64,000 nt of DNA from Phoronis australis (GCA_002633005.1 NMRA01000062.1:481981-545980); one strand, 5' to 3'; positions 50,308-64,000 are shown, counted from the first letter of the stretch. The notes: generated from the letters alone by a model not told the origin. Translations and numbers: made by a program.

Positions 50308-50409
50308 CTGTTGTCATGTGGCGTCTCACGCGGTGATATTGTGTTCGTGTCTTGTGCCTCTGTGGTCAACAAGCTACTTCACGTGTGTGTGTGGACACAG
50401 GTATATATA
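50308..50409 (-). promoter_or_regulatory. Candidate TATA promoter and 5' leader exon of the neuropeptide gene
   Basis: TATATATA at 50402-50409, flanking CACGTG E-boxes, and a consensus donor CAG|GTAAGC at 50308/50307 about 3.4 kb upstream of the acceptor at 46923. Confidence 0.5.
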
Positions 50410-51483
50410 GGTTGCCACATCTCAGCAGGTGGTGACATTCTTTAGGCCCCCAAGCAGCCTCACGTGGTTTTACCTGTAATCATCAAAGCGCACGACATCC
50501 GGGTTCTTATCGAAACGACGTCTTGTCTTGCTGCTCACTTTGTCGAGGTCACTAAACGTGGATGATTTAAGTATAAATTTCCTAATGCCTGGTCCAGTTA
50601 TAACTATCCCACGCTTGAGCACGAAGCAAGTGTAGAAATAATTAATTATTACACGTTTTTAATATGTTCGTTTCACATCATAAATTCGTAGCTGACACAA
50701 CAGTTTTCGTGGACGGAAGAAGAAGCTACATAGTACACGTTTCTTCTTTTCGTAAAATCGTGAAATCTTGGGTCATATTTTACCTCCAGGAAACAATCCG
50801 AAGCGTATCATCGCATAATTTAAACTTTTGGAAAAGAGGCATTTTAGATAGCACGAACATTTGATTCCTTGGTCTTGGGCCCTTTGCGATAGAATGGGAA
50901 TCCATCTTAAATCGTTTGGAGACAGGAAGTGTCAGTGGTCATAGTTCAGATTTGTACAGTTTTAATCTTATTCAGTAGTCACCAGCGTCACTGTCCACAG
51001 CGTTGAAGTCAATTACTGTATCTTGCACTTTGATTACGTCGTGAGCAAGAGTTAATTTGTCATACTTGGAGGGGATGTAATGACACCATTAGACTGAAAT
51101 CGACACCTGCACCAGGTTCGAGTTCAATAACTGTATCGCGTCGAGAAAAAATCTGAACTAAATCACGAGCTCTTGTTGAAAAAACACGGCGACATCTCGC
51201 GGAATCTTCCTTTTTTAGTGAGACCCCCACTAGCGTCATTGAACTCGATCCCGGTTCCGTGAAGGTAACGTCATGCCTCAAACTTATCCAGCTTCGAGGT
51301 GTGTTTTAACTGAGTCCTAATTACTGGAGTGATGCAAAACGAACCAAGTACAGACCCGTAGGAAAGCAAAAATTATTGAGGGGGGGGGGCACAAATCATT
51401 TCGACGTCGCCAAATAACTCCCCCATCGCCCCCGTCCTCCCGATGCCACCATATTTGTGCCGAATCTCCCACATGAGGAGGCA

Positions 51484-51634
51484 CAGTGGTGGATTTAGAG
51501 CGCCAAGAGACCATGGACCCCCTAAAATTCTCCCAGATTGCATTTGGCAGTTCGGGGGTGCGAATTTTTGACTGGTAAACCATGAATAATGCTCTGCCCT
51601 GCCCCCCGAACGCAAAACCCTGGATCCGCCTCTG
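51484..51634. repeat. ~150-bp CAG..CTG interspersed repeat (inverted copy at 19041-19195; similar start at ~63972)
   Basis: cagtggtggatttag ... tggatccgcctctg; reverse complement aligns to 19041-19195. Confidence 0.7.
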
Positions 51635-53989
51635 GGACAATCCCGGGGATCCAGCCAATAAGAGTTGAGTAACCGTGACCCAACACGGAGAGAAAGAATG
51701 GGCCTAGGACCAGTACATTGACCTGTGTCGAGGAGCTGCCTCAAGTATAGCTGTAGCTGAGATCTAACAGTGTGAAAATACAAAATTCCCGATGAACTAA
51801 CGCTAGTTGCTGGTCAGCTCAACTATGATTCACTTGAGACAGGCAGCTTAGCTCGTACCTGCCGTCTGCGCTCGTTCTAAGGTCAAGATTGGTTTTGTTG
51901 TGATCCAGTTTCGGCCATTCTTTGAAAGAGATTTTTTGTTTTGAAAAGGTGAGGCCCCGAAGTCCCTGGTGTAGTGCCTTTGGGGCTGTTTCAAAATCCC
52001 TAGTTGAAACACTACCGGTAGTTCAGTTTCTGGTGGCTGGGGAAAAGTATAGTGTGTCCCAGAAATGTTCACCATTCCTGAACGCCTAAAGTTCAAATTG
52101 AGTTCTTGTGGTTATCACGGAGAGTCTGCGCGACCTACTGCATGGTTACATCTTATTTTTAACGTGGATACGTCAGTCATGACGTGCATGCGAATCAGGG
52201 AAAGCAATCAATTCAGTTTTGAAGAACAAAAATTCATTACTCAGTACTACTGGAAACTAAAAACACCAATGAACTGCGAAGACAACCTTTCCAAGAAATG
52301 AGTTTAATTTTATTTCTTTAAGGATTTTTAAAAGTTTTTTCCATCTACGGTTTGTGTGTACGAATTTCATCAATGTCTTTGAGAGATATTTTAGATGTGC
52401 AAATATCGTCTAAATGTACTTTGCTACTTGGGGCTCGGATTCTAGAGTTTTTCCAACTTCATGCAGCAATTAAATTCATTGAATTATCACCCTTTTCTTA
52501 CAAGATTAGCTTCTAATAGTAAAAAATCATTTATGAATCTATCGATATTCGTAGATACATAAAGAAACAAATCAGAAACCAACGAATTTGTTTATCAAAC
52601 AGGAATGTTATACGGAATTTCCGCATGCATGCTCGCACTAGCGTGTCCTCTTATGCGTATGGTATAATCACTTTACCAAAGCTTGTAGAGAGAATGATTA
52701 GACGAGACTTCTCTCGCCGTCCTGGACACAGCGTAATTCCTTCAATAAACGATAATTTCAAAACTAGAATGTCATGGTATGAATCAATGTTGAGCTACTT
52801 TTGTTAATAAATATTTTTTCTTACATGAACTGGAATGTTTCACGACACGACTGGTTAATAACACCCAGTACGTAATTTTTGATATTACATGGGTGAATCA
52901 CAAAGTAGTGTAAAACACCGTACAATACCATGAAAGTGACAAGGTTATGATTGGTAAATCCGGCATTCTCCAATTTAACATCCAAAGTAGCAGCATCATG
53001 TACGTAATTCCGGTCGGAAGGACATAACGGCAAACATCGTCAACGGACCAAGCCAGCCTGCAAGCCGTGCTAGGCACCACTATGTGTTGAGCTCTGACAA
53101 ACCCCGAAATTGCACAAAGCCCGGTTAGTTCTGCCCGTCTCCTCGCCGTGAAGCTTGTATCAGCATGTAAAGCTAACGACCGGCGGGGATGCAAGTAAAA
53201 TCTCCGAGTCAACTGACACTCACCTTGCCTCGGCAAGCGTCGGGATTTTGCCGAAATTTCAGAGAGGTTTTGCCCATGTCATAAACCTGAGACTCGTGTA
53301 AGATTCTCTTAATTTTAATTCTTTCAAGTATCTGCGAACGAACTATCGAAGTTATTTCCCTTGACGTCAGGTGTTGGTTAATCCCTTAAGGGAATCCCCG
53401 ACGTTCATGACATTATCACCTTCGTTCGATGACCGTTTCAACATGGAAACATTCAAGAAGGATTGTGAATTATCGCAGCTAAATTTTGGATTGAAACCCT
53501 ACCAGATTCATCTCAGTCTACATTTACAACAGTTTTTGCAACACTGACATTAGAAACGGGCTACCGCCTACGACAGGAATCGCAAGACACCATGTTTACA
53601 AAAGCGCTATCTACCGAGCAAAATGACGGAAATGAACTATTTTCGCGCAGACTAATATGCTCAATAGTAGTAACACACTTTATTCACGTTAAGGCAAAAA
53701 ATACAATTAATAAAGATTTACACTTATGGAGGACCACGGAGCCACCAGAGAATAAAAAATACAGTGTTGCAGATAATCAGAATTACAAAATTAGGCGATA
53801 ATGTAATTTTAACTACTTGTAAAAAGACTGAGGAGAGATTATCGAAAATAGTTACACACAAAGCAGTTGATATAGTGCACTCAAGTTCATAACTCTCAAA
53901 ACAAACGTTTTTAAAATAGTTCATAACAGAAGATAACGAATGGGTAAAAATTTTTTTTTAAGAATGACTTTCAGGAAGGTTATGAATGA

Positions 53990-54490
53990 TATGAGGTAGG
54001 GCAATGCAAACTTAATCTTCAGCAAATGATTTAGTACAACGAGGAGTTTGAAGAAGATGTCGTTGCCTAGTTTGTTGTGCATGAACAGACCCACGGATTA
54101 TTAAATTGAACGTGTTAAAATGAAGGTAAGTAATTATGAATATATTTGTGGAAACATTTGATAATAGCAACAACATACAAGTCATTTATTTTGAGTATCT
54201 GCGTATTCTTCAATAAAAGATCTGTATGTGTATTAAAATAACTAGAGGTAATAGTGCGAATAACCTTTTTCTGCAACTTGAATATTCACCACAGAATCTG
54301 CTTACCTTTCTCAACACATTGTTTATGTGTGGAGTCCATAACAGGTTTTCGTTGATGGTAACACCAACTAAATTGAATGAACTAACTCTTTCAATTTCCA
54401 AGTTATTAAACTTTGAATAAAAATCATCAATACATTTTGGGGATTTATGAAAAACAATGTGTTTTTTATTTAACCATATGAGTAAGATAA
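53990..54490 (-). mobile_element. CR1-group LINE 3' fragment (smaller LINE-like scraps at ~44390-44680 and ~45300-45640)
   Basis: EIERVSSFNLVGVTINENLLWTPHINNVLRKVSR, typical of the post-RT thumb region. Confidence 0.7.
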
Positions 54491-56959
54491 TACACGCTAG
54501 TGTTGCCTTACGTAGAATTATGGCCGACTTGTTGTTTTCTAGTGATAACGAGGGTGCTCCCTCACGCGGAGCACGTGACCTCACGGCACTTTCACTCATG
54601 TCACGGAATCTGGTCCCTGGGACTGGGTTTTGATTCATCATTTTCAGTGCCTGCATGCAGCTATGTGGGTGTCGAGGGTCCAGAAATTTCTATCGCGCCC
54701 TTGGTGTCAGGTAATAGCAGGAGTTATGAGGCGCAGCCGGCCTGATATCAGTTCCAACCAATCACGGTAACTGTCCCCGGAATAGCGATTTAAGTTGCAA
54801 CTATTTTGTTAGGTAATGAGGTGTTGAGTCACCAACAATCATAAATTTAAATGACACATGGTTGTAATTACGATCAGATACGTTGAAGATTAAAATCAAA
54901 AGGTTGATAAATAGACGAGTGCTGACGTCAGTAATGGATGTTTATTTCATCATGTTGCATATACATGTAAACCAGTGTTGAAGTGAAATTGACACTTTCA
55001 AAAATACGTTTTTCGGTGTGTATTATGTACTTACTCGTTGTCCACTGACGTCATTTTCATATAAAACAAGTTAGAGGAGCGCTTTTCATTCGATTTTTAA
55101 CCTCTCTCGATGCCAGTTTGGGATAATTTGCTCAAAAGTGTCGTCTTCTTATATTGATCATATAGGAGACACATTATTAGTTTAAAGATAAATCTTTGTG
55201 CTCAAACGTGCAAATTCGTGGTTTGTTTACACAGGCCCGTTTCGAAGAATTGGTAGCCCGATAGTGTCACGTGGGAGATAGAACCTCTTAATTAGCATTA
55301 TGATTACGGATTTTGGGAATGCAGATAAGCACGATTACAGAACTATGGGCACAAAATGCCAACTCCTGTGCAGCAAACGGGACCCATCCTCTCATTGACT
55401 TTTTACTCTTGTGACGTGGTGTGATCCAGTTCGACGGGGTTTGACTAGCTACTCGGGGGATAAAACTGAACTGAGTTGAGCTGTCTCAAACATGCAATAT
55501 GAAGTCAAACTTTAAATTTATTATTTTCGTATTGCACGAATCTCTCCGTCTTCATTACTAAAATTATCAATATTTCAGCGTATCATTTGTCGTGTCAAAT
55601 ATGCATGCAAATTGTTTCAGACTTGACACTGGCAGGTTTTCCTTTGAAGGAGTAAAAGCAGCGGACGACGCCGGGAATCTGCCAAATTTTGAGTTAGTTA
55701 ATTGCGTGAATTGACAGCCCACTTGACAGGTGTGTTAGCAGCGCCACCTGTTCTTTACATTGGCTTTGCTGGCTACCGCCTGACGGCACTCAGGCAGGGA
55801 AACAGCGAGTCCAGGGCATTACTCTTTCGTTCTCTTATATTGGAAACGCAAGTGATATGGCTTGTTTGCTCTACCGAATTAAATGTGAAGATGGTGGACC
55901 AAGCCATTGAGTCGTGTGTTGCTTTACAAAATAAAAACTCAATTCCGCCAGATTTTAATCTTTTTATTCAAAGAATTTTGCCATATACAAAGAGGAAGAT
56001 TCCAAAAACAGACAACAAGCCGAAAACAACGCCGACATGGTGTGCAATGTAAGACGGCATTGGCCAAGAATTGCCTCCAGTTCATTCTTACTTGGAACAA
56101 TTTCATTAGCAACTGTTAAAAGGCTTTAGACAGATATTGAAAACAACTATCCCATCCAATTCTTAGAAGAAATAAAGTTAAGTAACTCTCGACTGCCCTC
56201 AAAAGTGTAGAGCAAACTCTGAAAACTCGTTACAAAGTCTGTCAACATTTCTTTTCGGAAATAGCATCTGAACTGCACGTGCTTATTCGATGATGTCCTC
56301 CGGTCAGTACGCCACCCACAGGTTTACAGTACTGAATAACAAACTTGTACATTTTAGCCAGTTTTACGAAACTACGGAAGTTACATATTTTTCTAAAAAA
56401 TTAAACGTTTGTAGAATTTAATTTTAGGATTTTCGTCAGCTTCAGTTGACCATTGATCGAATCTCGTAACCGTGTCATTTTTAGCGAACTCTGATGTAGA
56501 AAACATTTCGCTGAAGGCAAAATAAGGATATCAGTAATTTGACCAAACTCCTTTACATTCTATACGAAACCACTAAGGCATGTCATTGACATTTCCCTTA
56601 GTCTTCGGTTAGCACTGCGAGTCCGCAGCAGATGGTCCACCAAGCGTCAAACCGTCGCTGCTAGCAACGAACAGTGACGTAGCGCAACAAGAGAGAATCC
56701 CTTATTTAATGAATTTAGACCCAGCCCTGGCGTAGCTTTGGTAGTGACGCTGTGGAAGTGTAAATTTTTCATTTGAAAACTTCGCCGTTGTAGTTGAATG
56801 AATTTTATTAAATTTAGTGAGACGTTCATAACCACCCAATTTAATCAATTTTTGGTTCTGCCTGAATTCCTGCATCAATAAAATGTTTCATTGTCTAAAA
56901 ATACCGAAATGTCACAACCATACACAAAATCATGTAATTCACAATTTACATTCCGGTCG

Positions 56960-59900
56960 CAGGTATCATTTAATTTTCCTCGGGAAATTTTCTCAACAGG
57001 TAGCGCTTTTCGCAAACAAACTTGCATGACTGATGATGGAAGTGTAAATGTAGTCTGTTGTACAGACAAATGGGTGCTTAAACTTCATGTTCAAGAAATG
57101 TGAATCCCAGAAAATTGTGGTTGTGCCTTTTCTACTGTAGCTGACTTTTGTTTACGTTGCTATCCTGTATTCATACAGAATAAATAACGCAGCAGTAAAT
57201 CGGCCACTGACGATGTGTTTATTTTACAACACGTATGTGCTTCAAGCACTCGTAGTCCAGTCATTCTACGGATAACCCGGAAAAAATTGCAACAGAAGGT
57301 TTTATTGCATAAATCATATCCTTTCACACCCCTTAGTGGGAAAAAAGTCTACCGGAATCGGAGTGGCGGAAGTTGGTTTTTTAAGATGGCGGACAAAATG
57401 GCCGCCAGATTTTTTGATGCTCACTATAACTTAAGAGTGGATTGTGATAGATTAAAAATTAAAGAACAGGTTAGCCTATGTTTTGTGGGTCAACAAATCC
57501 ATTGGAGATGGTTTTTCATGGCTGCGGAGACATCGTCCGCCATTTTCCAAGATGGCCGCCAAATCTACTTGAGTCGAACAACTTCGCACGAACAGATTAG
57601 CGTGTCGTCTTGCTTCAAACGTCGCATCATAGGTTTCTGGGTCAACTAATCCATTGAGACTCATTGATTTTGGCACTAATGATTACTTCCACCATTTCCA
57701 AGATGGCGGAAAAAATGGCCGCCAGATTTGTAGATGATCATTATAACTCGAGAGTGGAATGTGATAGAGTAAAAAGGTTTACCTATCATTTGTTGGTCAA
57801 CAAATCCATTGAAAATGTTTTGAATGGCTGGGGTGATACCATCAGCCATTTTCCAAGATGGCCTCCAAAAACAACTTCGCACTAACAGATTAGTGCGTCT
57901 TGCTTCAAACATTATATCATAGGTTTTCTGGGTCGACTAATCCATTTAGACTCAATGCGTTAGGCTCTAATGATTACTTCCACAATTTTCTAAGATGGCC
58001 ACTAAATAGTTGCTTCGTGTAAGAACGTCAGATTCCAGAGACACGTCATATCCTGAGTTTTTTTTAGGTCAGCACGTCCATTACAATAATTTTTGTCTGG
58101 TTCTTGATGATTACGACTACCCTTTTCAAGATGGTTTAACGATTAACTTATTTGGTTTAAAAACATCAGGTTTGCCTGGACTGGAGGATAATTCTTCTCC
58201 TGAAAAATGTGCTGTATTGAAAATAACTCTCTGCAGTTAATTCAGTGATCTACTATCCACACTGTCTGTGTCACTTCCAGTTAGTTGTAAATGCTAGTGA
58301 ATCTATACACAATCAACCACTATTTACACAACTAATCTCTGTCAACTAAGAATGAATTGCTGCAGCTAAAATTACGACATTCTCCACATGCAATCGAGTA
58401 CGGCAATCCTAACTTCTTAAAAGTATATCTCTTGAAACTGCAGTTGTTCTTACACGAGCATCTCACTACTTTCAGCAGGTTCTCTGGTGCTGCTGACTGT
58501 TCCGTCGTCGTGGGAATGAATTTTCCACCTGCCAGCATCCATCCCCAATACAGCGAGTCTAGGCCACTTCCACGGAAACTTGACCGCTCTTGCTCTTGAT
58601 AATATGTCCCGGTAGAATGGAATTTAGCTACTGAAGAAAGTTGATGATAATGACTGCCTGTATTTGGACTGTGGCTAGTCTGACACCTCATCCACAAATC
58701 GCCTGTATCCCAAGTCACCCAAATTTCCAGAGCCAGTACCGCCATGAAGCACAGATACAACTCTTACCAGCTTCAAATATGTCTTGCTTCAGCTGCATGT
58801 GTCTAGTGAATACTCTTACTAGAGTTTTTGCAGAATTCTCGATCACGCAGTTTCTTGAATGGGAGAGCCTTTGCTAATACCGAACAGCTGTAATGTTGTG
58901 TTGCAACCACCTATTGCATGCGCAAGTGGCAAAACTGCGCAAGTTTCGGCACCAAGAGACAACTGTAGTTCCTTGATGTCCCAGACTCTCCTTTTGCTTT
59001 GGTGCCCCTTGTCAAATTTCATGAACATTGGAATTTGTTATGAAGTAGCATGGTAACGCAAAAGAACCAACAAGTCTGGACCGTCTGCAATAAGGGTAGT
59101 TGGACGTTGTGCTGCGTTCTCTACTGCTGTTTCTACAATTGAAACATCTGCGTCACCTTGAGTTTGTACCACTGTGCAACCAGCATTTCCTAGCAAACTT
59201 GACAAAAAGTGAATGGATCGTTGTTCGTTTTTGCTCTGTGCCAAAAATGTTCATTTTTTACTTGATCACCATGTCACCATTGAAGTGAACTTCAGTTCCA
59301 ACCACCCCACTCAGTTTTCGAACATGAGAGACATCTTTAGTTGATGGTCCATCTCAGTAACCATCAAAAACAATAGTAGGCTGGGTGCACTTGCTGATGT
59401 AATCCACATAAGCTCTACCAAATGACTGAAACGTTGCACCTCTAGGCCTTGCAATACGGTGAAGGAGAGAACCGCCGTCGATTAGATGTGTTTTTCTGGA
59501 AATTGAAATCCTCAGGTAGTCCCCCACTGGACCAGAGTGCATCAGCTCATATTGATTTATTAGCAACTCTGGGAAGACCAGTTGTAATAAAAAGAGCAAG
59601 GGGACCAACACACAGCTCAAACGTCAAAAGGCTTGATGAACTTTCTTTGTTGTCTTTTGCAGCTGTCAGGATTCGCTGAAATAGCAGTCGTGGATCCACG
59701 TGTGTAAAATTACTATTAGCAGCATGAACTGATTGTCTTGTCATTGCCACAACCTTGTCTTTCTTCTGAATGTGAAGTCTTTCACACATGACCCCTCCAT
59801 AGACAAGTGAACCGCCTTCCCCACTTCACTGGCATTTTCGGCACTGACGCATGTGCCTGCAGTCACACCAGTGGCGATGTTCTGTAATGTTTCTCTTTAA

Positions 59901-62586
59901 AATGGGTTACTGTTGTGTAGGAATTCAACAAGGCTGCGGATGTCTTTGTCGTCACACGACTGTCTTGCCTGGATACATTCTTTATACTGCTGACTAGTTT
60001 CACAAGTTTGTCACAGTCTGCATGGCACCATTGATATTTGAGCATGCCGGAGAGGAAAGCAGCCACGATGCACTCTGTGTGTCTTCCATTTTGCAACCTC
60101 TAGTTAAACCTCCTGTTGTTTTAATACCTTTCATGAGCGTTTGTTCAAATACAAGATCATATCTCATTATGACAAGCCTGCCCAGAATCTGTCACTTTGT
60201 CTTATGGTGTGTTGGCCTTAGACGTCTGGACGGGTGTCTTTGAGCTGCTACGTCTGCTGCAAGTACATGTATTAAGATTTTGCATAAGAGTTGTGACCAG
60301 CAGCTGCAAAGTAAGGCAGCATTTTAGAAACTGCTTTTAGGTGAAGCTCCCAATCTGACGTTTCTGCTTTTAAAAAAGTTGAAGGATGTCAGTCATCTTC
60401 ATATACCGTAGCCAAAGACTAATGATTCAACTTTGCAAGGACGAGTCTGATTTATGTGCTTCCATTTTTTATAGATACCCACAAAACACTCCGACGAGCA
60501 TACATCATCGCACGCAGACGTCATGCCAGTAATAACATCACCATACCGCTTCAGACCAGCTCTCAAATCATTATGAAGAATATCATTGGCCATTGATTCT
60601 TTTGACGAACTATTCTCTGTCACTGCGAATTCTGAAAACCTATACTCTGATTCAGTCGTGTTTGAATGTCAGTAGGTCGGAAGCCAGAAATGAACTCTCG
60701 TGAGGACATTCCACTGTAATCCAGGGTTCAGAATCGGAAGACACTGGCTGGGCATGACATGCCCCAGAGTATGTCATCTAGTTATGTGATCAGTTGGGAT
60801 GTCCGGGATGTCTAAAGGATCTGTCTCCATATTTTGACGAGCCAAAGTTTGTGTAAAAGCATTGAACTGCTCCACCTCTTGGCATGGAATGTGTGTGTTC
60901 TGTGTTGGTGACATTCCGGACTCCTGGAATTTCTGAATAACCTGAATTTCTTTCTTCATTGGTTTTGGATTGGCGTTACTTGATCTGTCAATATTTGGAA
61001 CTGGGATGATGAATGTTCTGGCTTTTATGATAGTATTCAGTGCTGAGTCTACCAACATAGGCCACCTCACTGCTCTATCCACACTTTTTCTATTTAACAT
61101 AAGGATCACACTGTTTATGCATGCACCGTCTCAAGAACTTCTTGAAGCCCTGTGCCTGACATTAGGTATCCAATACATCTCAGAAAGCTCATCTCGGTAT
61201 GAAATCTTCCAAGCCTGGTTAAGAACAAGTGACTGCAGCTCACTGTCGTTTTGTTTGCTGGCACTAACTTCCTCTAAAATCAGTTACCTATGTTCATAAA
61301 AAGCATTCATATTAAACAAATTGTGAGTCCTAACTATTAAAATTTAATTAATAAATTATTGTTACACAATCCTGTTTGCTTTTCATCAAATTCAGGTGAA
61401 ATCAGCAGCCAAATTCTCAATACATGCCAGCAGCAGACGAAATCGATGCTTGGGAACAACTAATAATATCTCCAATAGCAGAGAATAAAGCCACTTCCTG
61501 CCCAATTTTATTAAGGGTTTGTGTAATGAATAAGCCAATAACTCCACCGGAATAACATATTTTTCTAACAAATATTATGTTTGATACCTCAAATGAATAT
61601 ATTTTACAGAAAAATAATTGAGTTTGTGAAATTTATTATGGAAATTTAACTAAAGCCTTTTATAAAAAAACACACCAACTTTAATGTTATATAATCAAAA
61701 ATGTGATTAAAATTCCACATTTAGTATCGAAATCTTAAAAACAAAGTATAGAAACAATCAACTCATTAACCCTGACTGTAGATTGTAAAATGTTTCTGTG
61801 TAAATGCGTATCAGGTTACAAACAAAGTTTGCAGAACGTGAATGCGGTAAATTGGGGTTTGTGAATTGACAGCCATTTTGGCGGCCATTTTGTCAGCCAT
61901 CTTGATTTTTTTCTCGCAAACCAGTGACCAATTGTAAGGTCCAGATATTTTAAATTGTCTAATTTACAAAAGAGTAAAACTTTTGCCATTTTCAGGGCAA
62001 AATACAAAAGGAAATCTTGCAACATGTACCAAATTGGCGTTTCGGCAGCCATTTTGTCGGCCATATTGGTTTTATTTTATGGAAAATTGGCATCTTTTGA
62101 TTGGTATGCCTGTTATGAAAAGTATATAATCAATGACAAACTTTATTGTTTTATTTTTAGCTGTTACATAAGAGTATTATGCCAGAAAACAGTGAATACC
62201 GGTTTTGTCGGCCATTTTTCCGCCATCTTGAAAAATCGACTTCCGCCACTCTGATTTCGGTAGATTTTTTTTCTGACACCAAGGGATGTTTGAAGATGCC
62301 ATTTATGCAAAACAAAATTCTATTGCAATTTTTTCTAGAGTGGGCCCTCTGGAGCCCCAGAATGACTGGACTATCGGCTATTGTAAACATTACTGCAAAA
62401 AAGAAATAGTTGCTTCTACGCCAGTCGCATGACAAGGCTAAAACTCGTTCATAGTCCCCCACATCTCACGTTGTTTTAAAGCTAACCAATGACTCAGTGC
62501 CGAGGTTACATCAGCCAGTGATAGAAGCGCATGCTAGCTACTGCCTGGTACCTGCGTGTGATCTCTACACGCAGGGAACCACCGAG
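56960..62586 (-). mobile_element. MITE family 1 copy split by the Academ insertion (56960-57252 + 62374-62586)
   Basis: Removing Academ and one TCG restores gtatgtgcttcaagcactcg-gctatt, the reverse complement of the intact copies. Confidence 0.85.
57253..62373 (-). mobile_element. Degenerate Academ (AcademX-type) DNA transposon, 5.1 kb
   Basis: TIRs TAGTCCAGTCATTCT...AGAATGACTGGACTA (imperfect similarity ~150 bp) and 3-bp TSD TCG. Broken transposase ORF ~61285-58332 carries RLGRFHTEMSFL, MLPYFAAAGHNSYAKS, IDGGSLLH, IVFDGY, GDADV..D.DLLVLL and HAIGGC.TT (XPG/PIN-like), and a C-terminal CxC Cys-rich finger. Confidence 0.88.
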
Positions 62587-64000
62587 TGCCCTGGAATGCC
62601 AACTCCTGCACGTGACCAATGTATTATATCACTACCGCTTGCGACCCCTAGCTATAGCCGCAAGAGTTTCACTTTGAATTTCGGCTGTCTGCGCCACTGA
62701 ATTTTGATCGAGTGTTGCATTTACCAAATCATGTGTTCCTTTTGATCTTATTGATTTTTGTTACATTACGCGAAAATAAGCCTTCATATCGGAAATCCTT
62801 ACAGCGTTTATGAGATTGATGAATAAATTTTAAGAAAAATATCCAGCAAGCCATTTTCGAGAACTCGTGTTCCTAAGTTCAAATTCAGTAGATTTGCCGA
62901 AGCCGAGGAAAAGCCGATTAAATAGTGAGCGGTGAAAGTCTCGAGGTTTTCGATTAATTATTCGGTGAAAACTTGTTTTCAGTCAACATAACATGTACAT
63001 GCTTTAACCATGTTCGCTATTTCAACATTCGCTAGCAATTTTAATTGAATTTGCGGTACGCAATTAACTTAATTATCACTAAAACGTTTTAACCTCGTGT
63101 TAAGTAGGTCAGAAGGCAGAGCCAGCAGTAAGTAGACCAATAGTTCATTGTATGCAGACCACATGCCGGAGCGAATGATATCAAGAAATCAGTGCGAAAT
63201 TGACAACAGAAATTGTGTCGGTAGTTAAAGAGCTTCGTGAGCACGAAATTGAAACAATACGAAATTTCAAATTACCGATCAAAATAATGAATGTCTGGGA
63301 GGAATCGATCTTTTTTAACAGCTTGCTCTATTAGTGAACACTAAGTCACAGAGGCAGTTCAGCAACTTGGACTCGGTATATTCGTTCTCAACGATCGTAT
63401 GCATATGAACACACAACTCCTTCCAGATAAAAACTACGTTTTACCTTAGTTTACCGCGGCATTAATCTAAGCTATGTAAACCTCATTGACTCAATATTGT
63501 GTCGATTCGGTGAGAAAAAGGACTGAGGGTACATACGGAACTGCTCTGGGCCTGTCGCCGGGAGATTGATTTGAGTGACAACACTGTAACCTTTGACCTC
63601 GAATAAGTAGTAAACTAATGGGGCTATTCGGAGAATTCTCCCCGCGGTGTCGCTACTGTACTAGTGGTGATTGAATTGCGCATGCGTCGCTGTCTGCATG
63701 TAAAAAGATGGTAAAAAGTCGGAGTTGTTGGCAAAATACGTCGTCGCGCTAAGCCTTATTACTACTAATTTCCCTGGTGCAAATCTTCGACAGGTGGCCA
63801 CAAATTCCCAAAAGACCCAAGGGTACTACATTCGTGGAGAATAGCGATCAAAAGAGTCAACCCACTGACAAAAAGTGTGTGGATGCGGAAGCCCCGTCAG
63901 TGTGTGCTCTATGCATTTCCATTGGGAGACTACATGTAACGTTACTTGGTAAGTTTTTAGCAACCAGTTTCCAGTGGCGGATGTACGTTTTCAGCAAGGG

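Overview
AT-rich, intron-rich eukaryotic DNA, most consistent with a marine invertebrate. No operons, rRNA, true tRNA genes or CRISPR arrays were seen. Four protein-coding loci, all on the minus strand, were reconstructed by hand from splice sites and exon phases. (1) A 12-exon gene (24410->251, ~646 aa) encodes a VWA7/hemicentin-N-like type I membrane protein. It appears to lack the N-terminal and most of the VWA domain, starting instead with a signal peptide and an RSKR furin site. (2,3) Two tandem two-exon stand-alone temptin-like secreted proteins (32310->31170 and 35951->33921), plus a frameshifted orphan third exon-2 copy (33823->33577). (4) A 213-aa neuropeptide precursor (46922->46281) with three internally related NPY/F-PrRP-QRFP-like RF/RW peptides. 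The rest is largely transposon-derived. It includes a 5.1-kb degenerate AcademX element (TIRs, TCG TSD) nested in a MITE, six copies of a ~540-bp MITE (four with 9-10-bp TSDs), other MITEs, L1/Tx1- and CR1-type LINE fragments, a Penelope fragment and tRNA-derived SINEs. Family assignments rest on remembered motifs; no database search was run.
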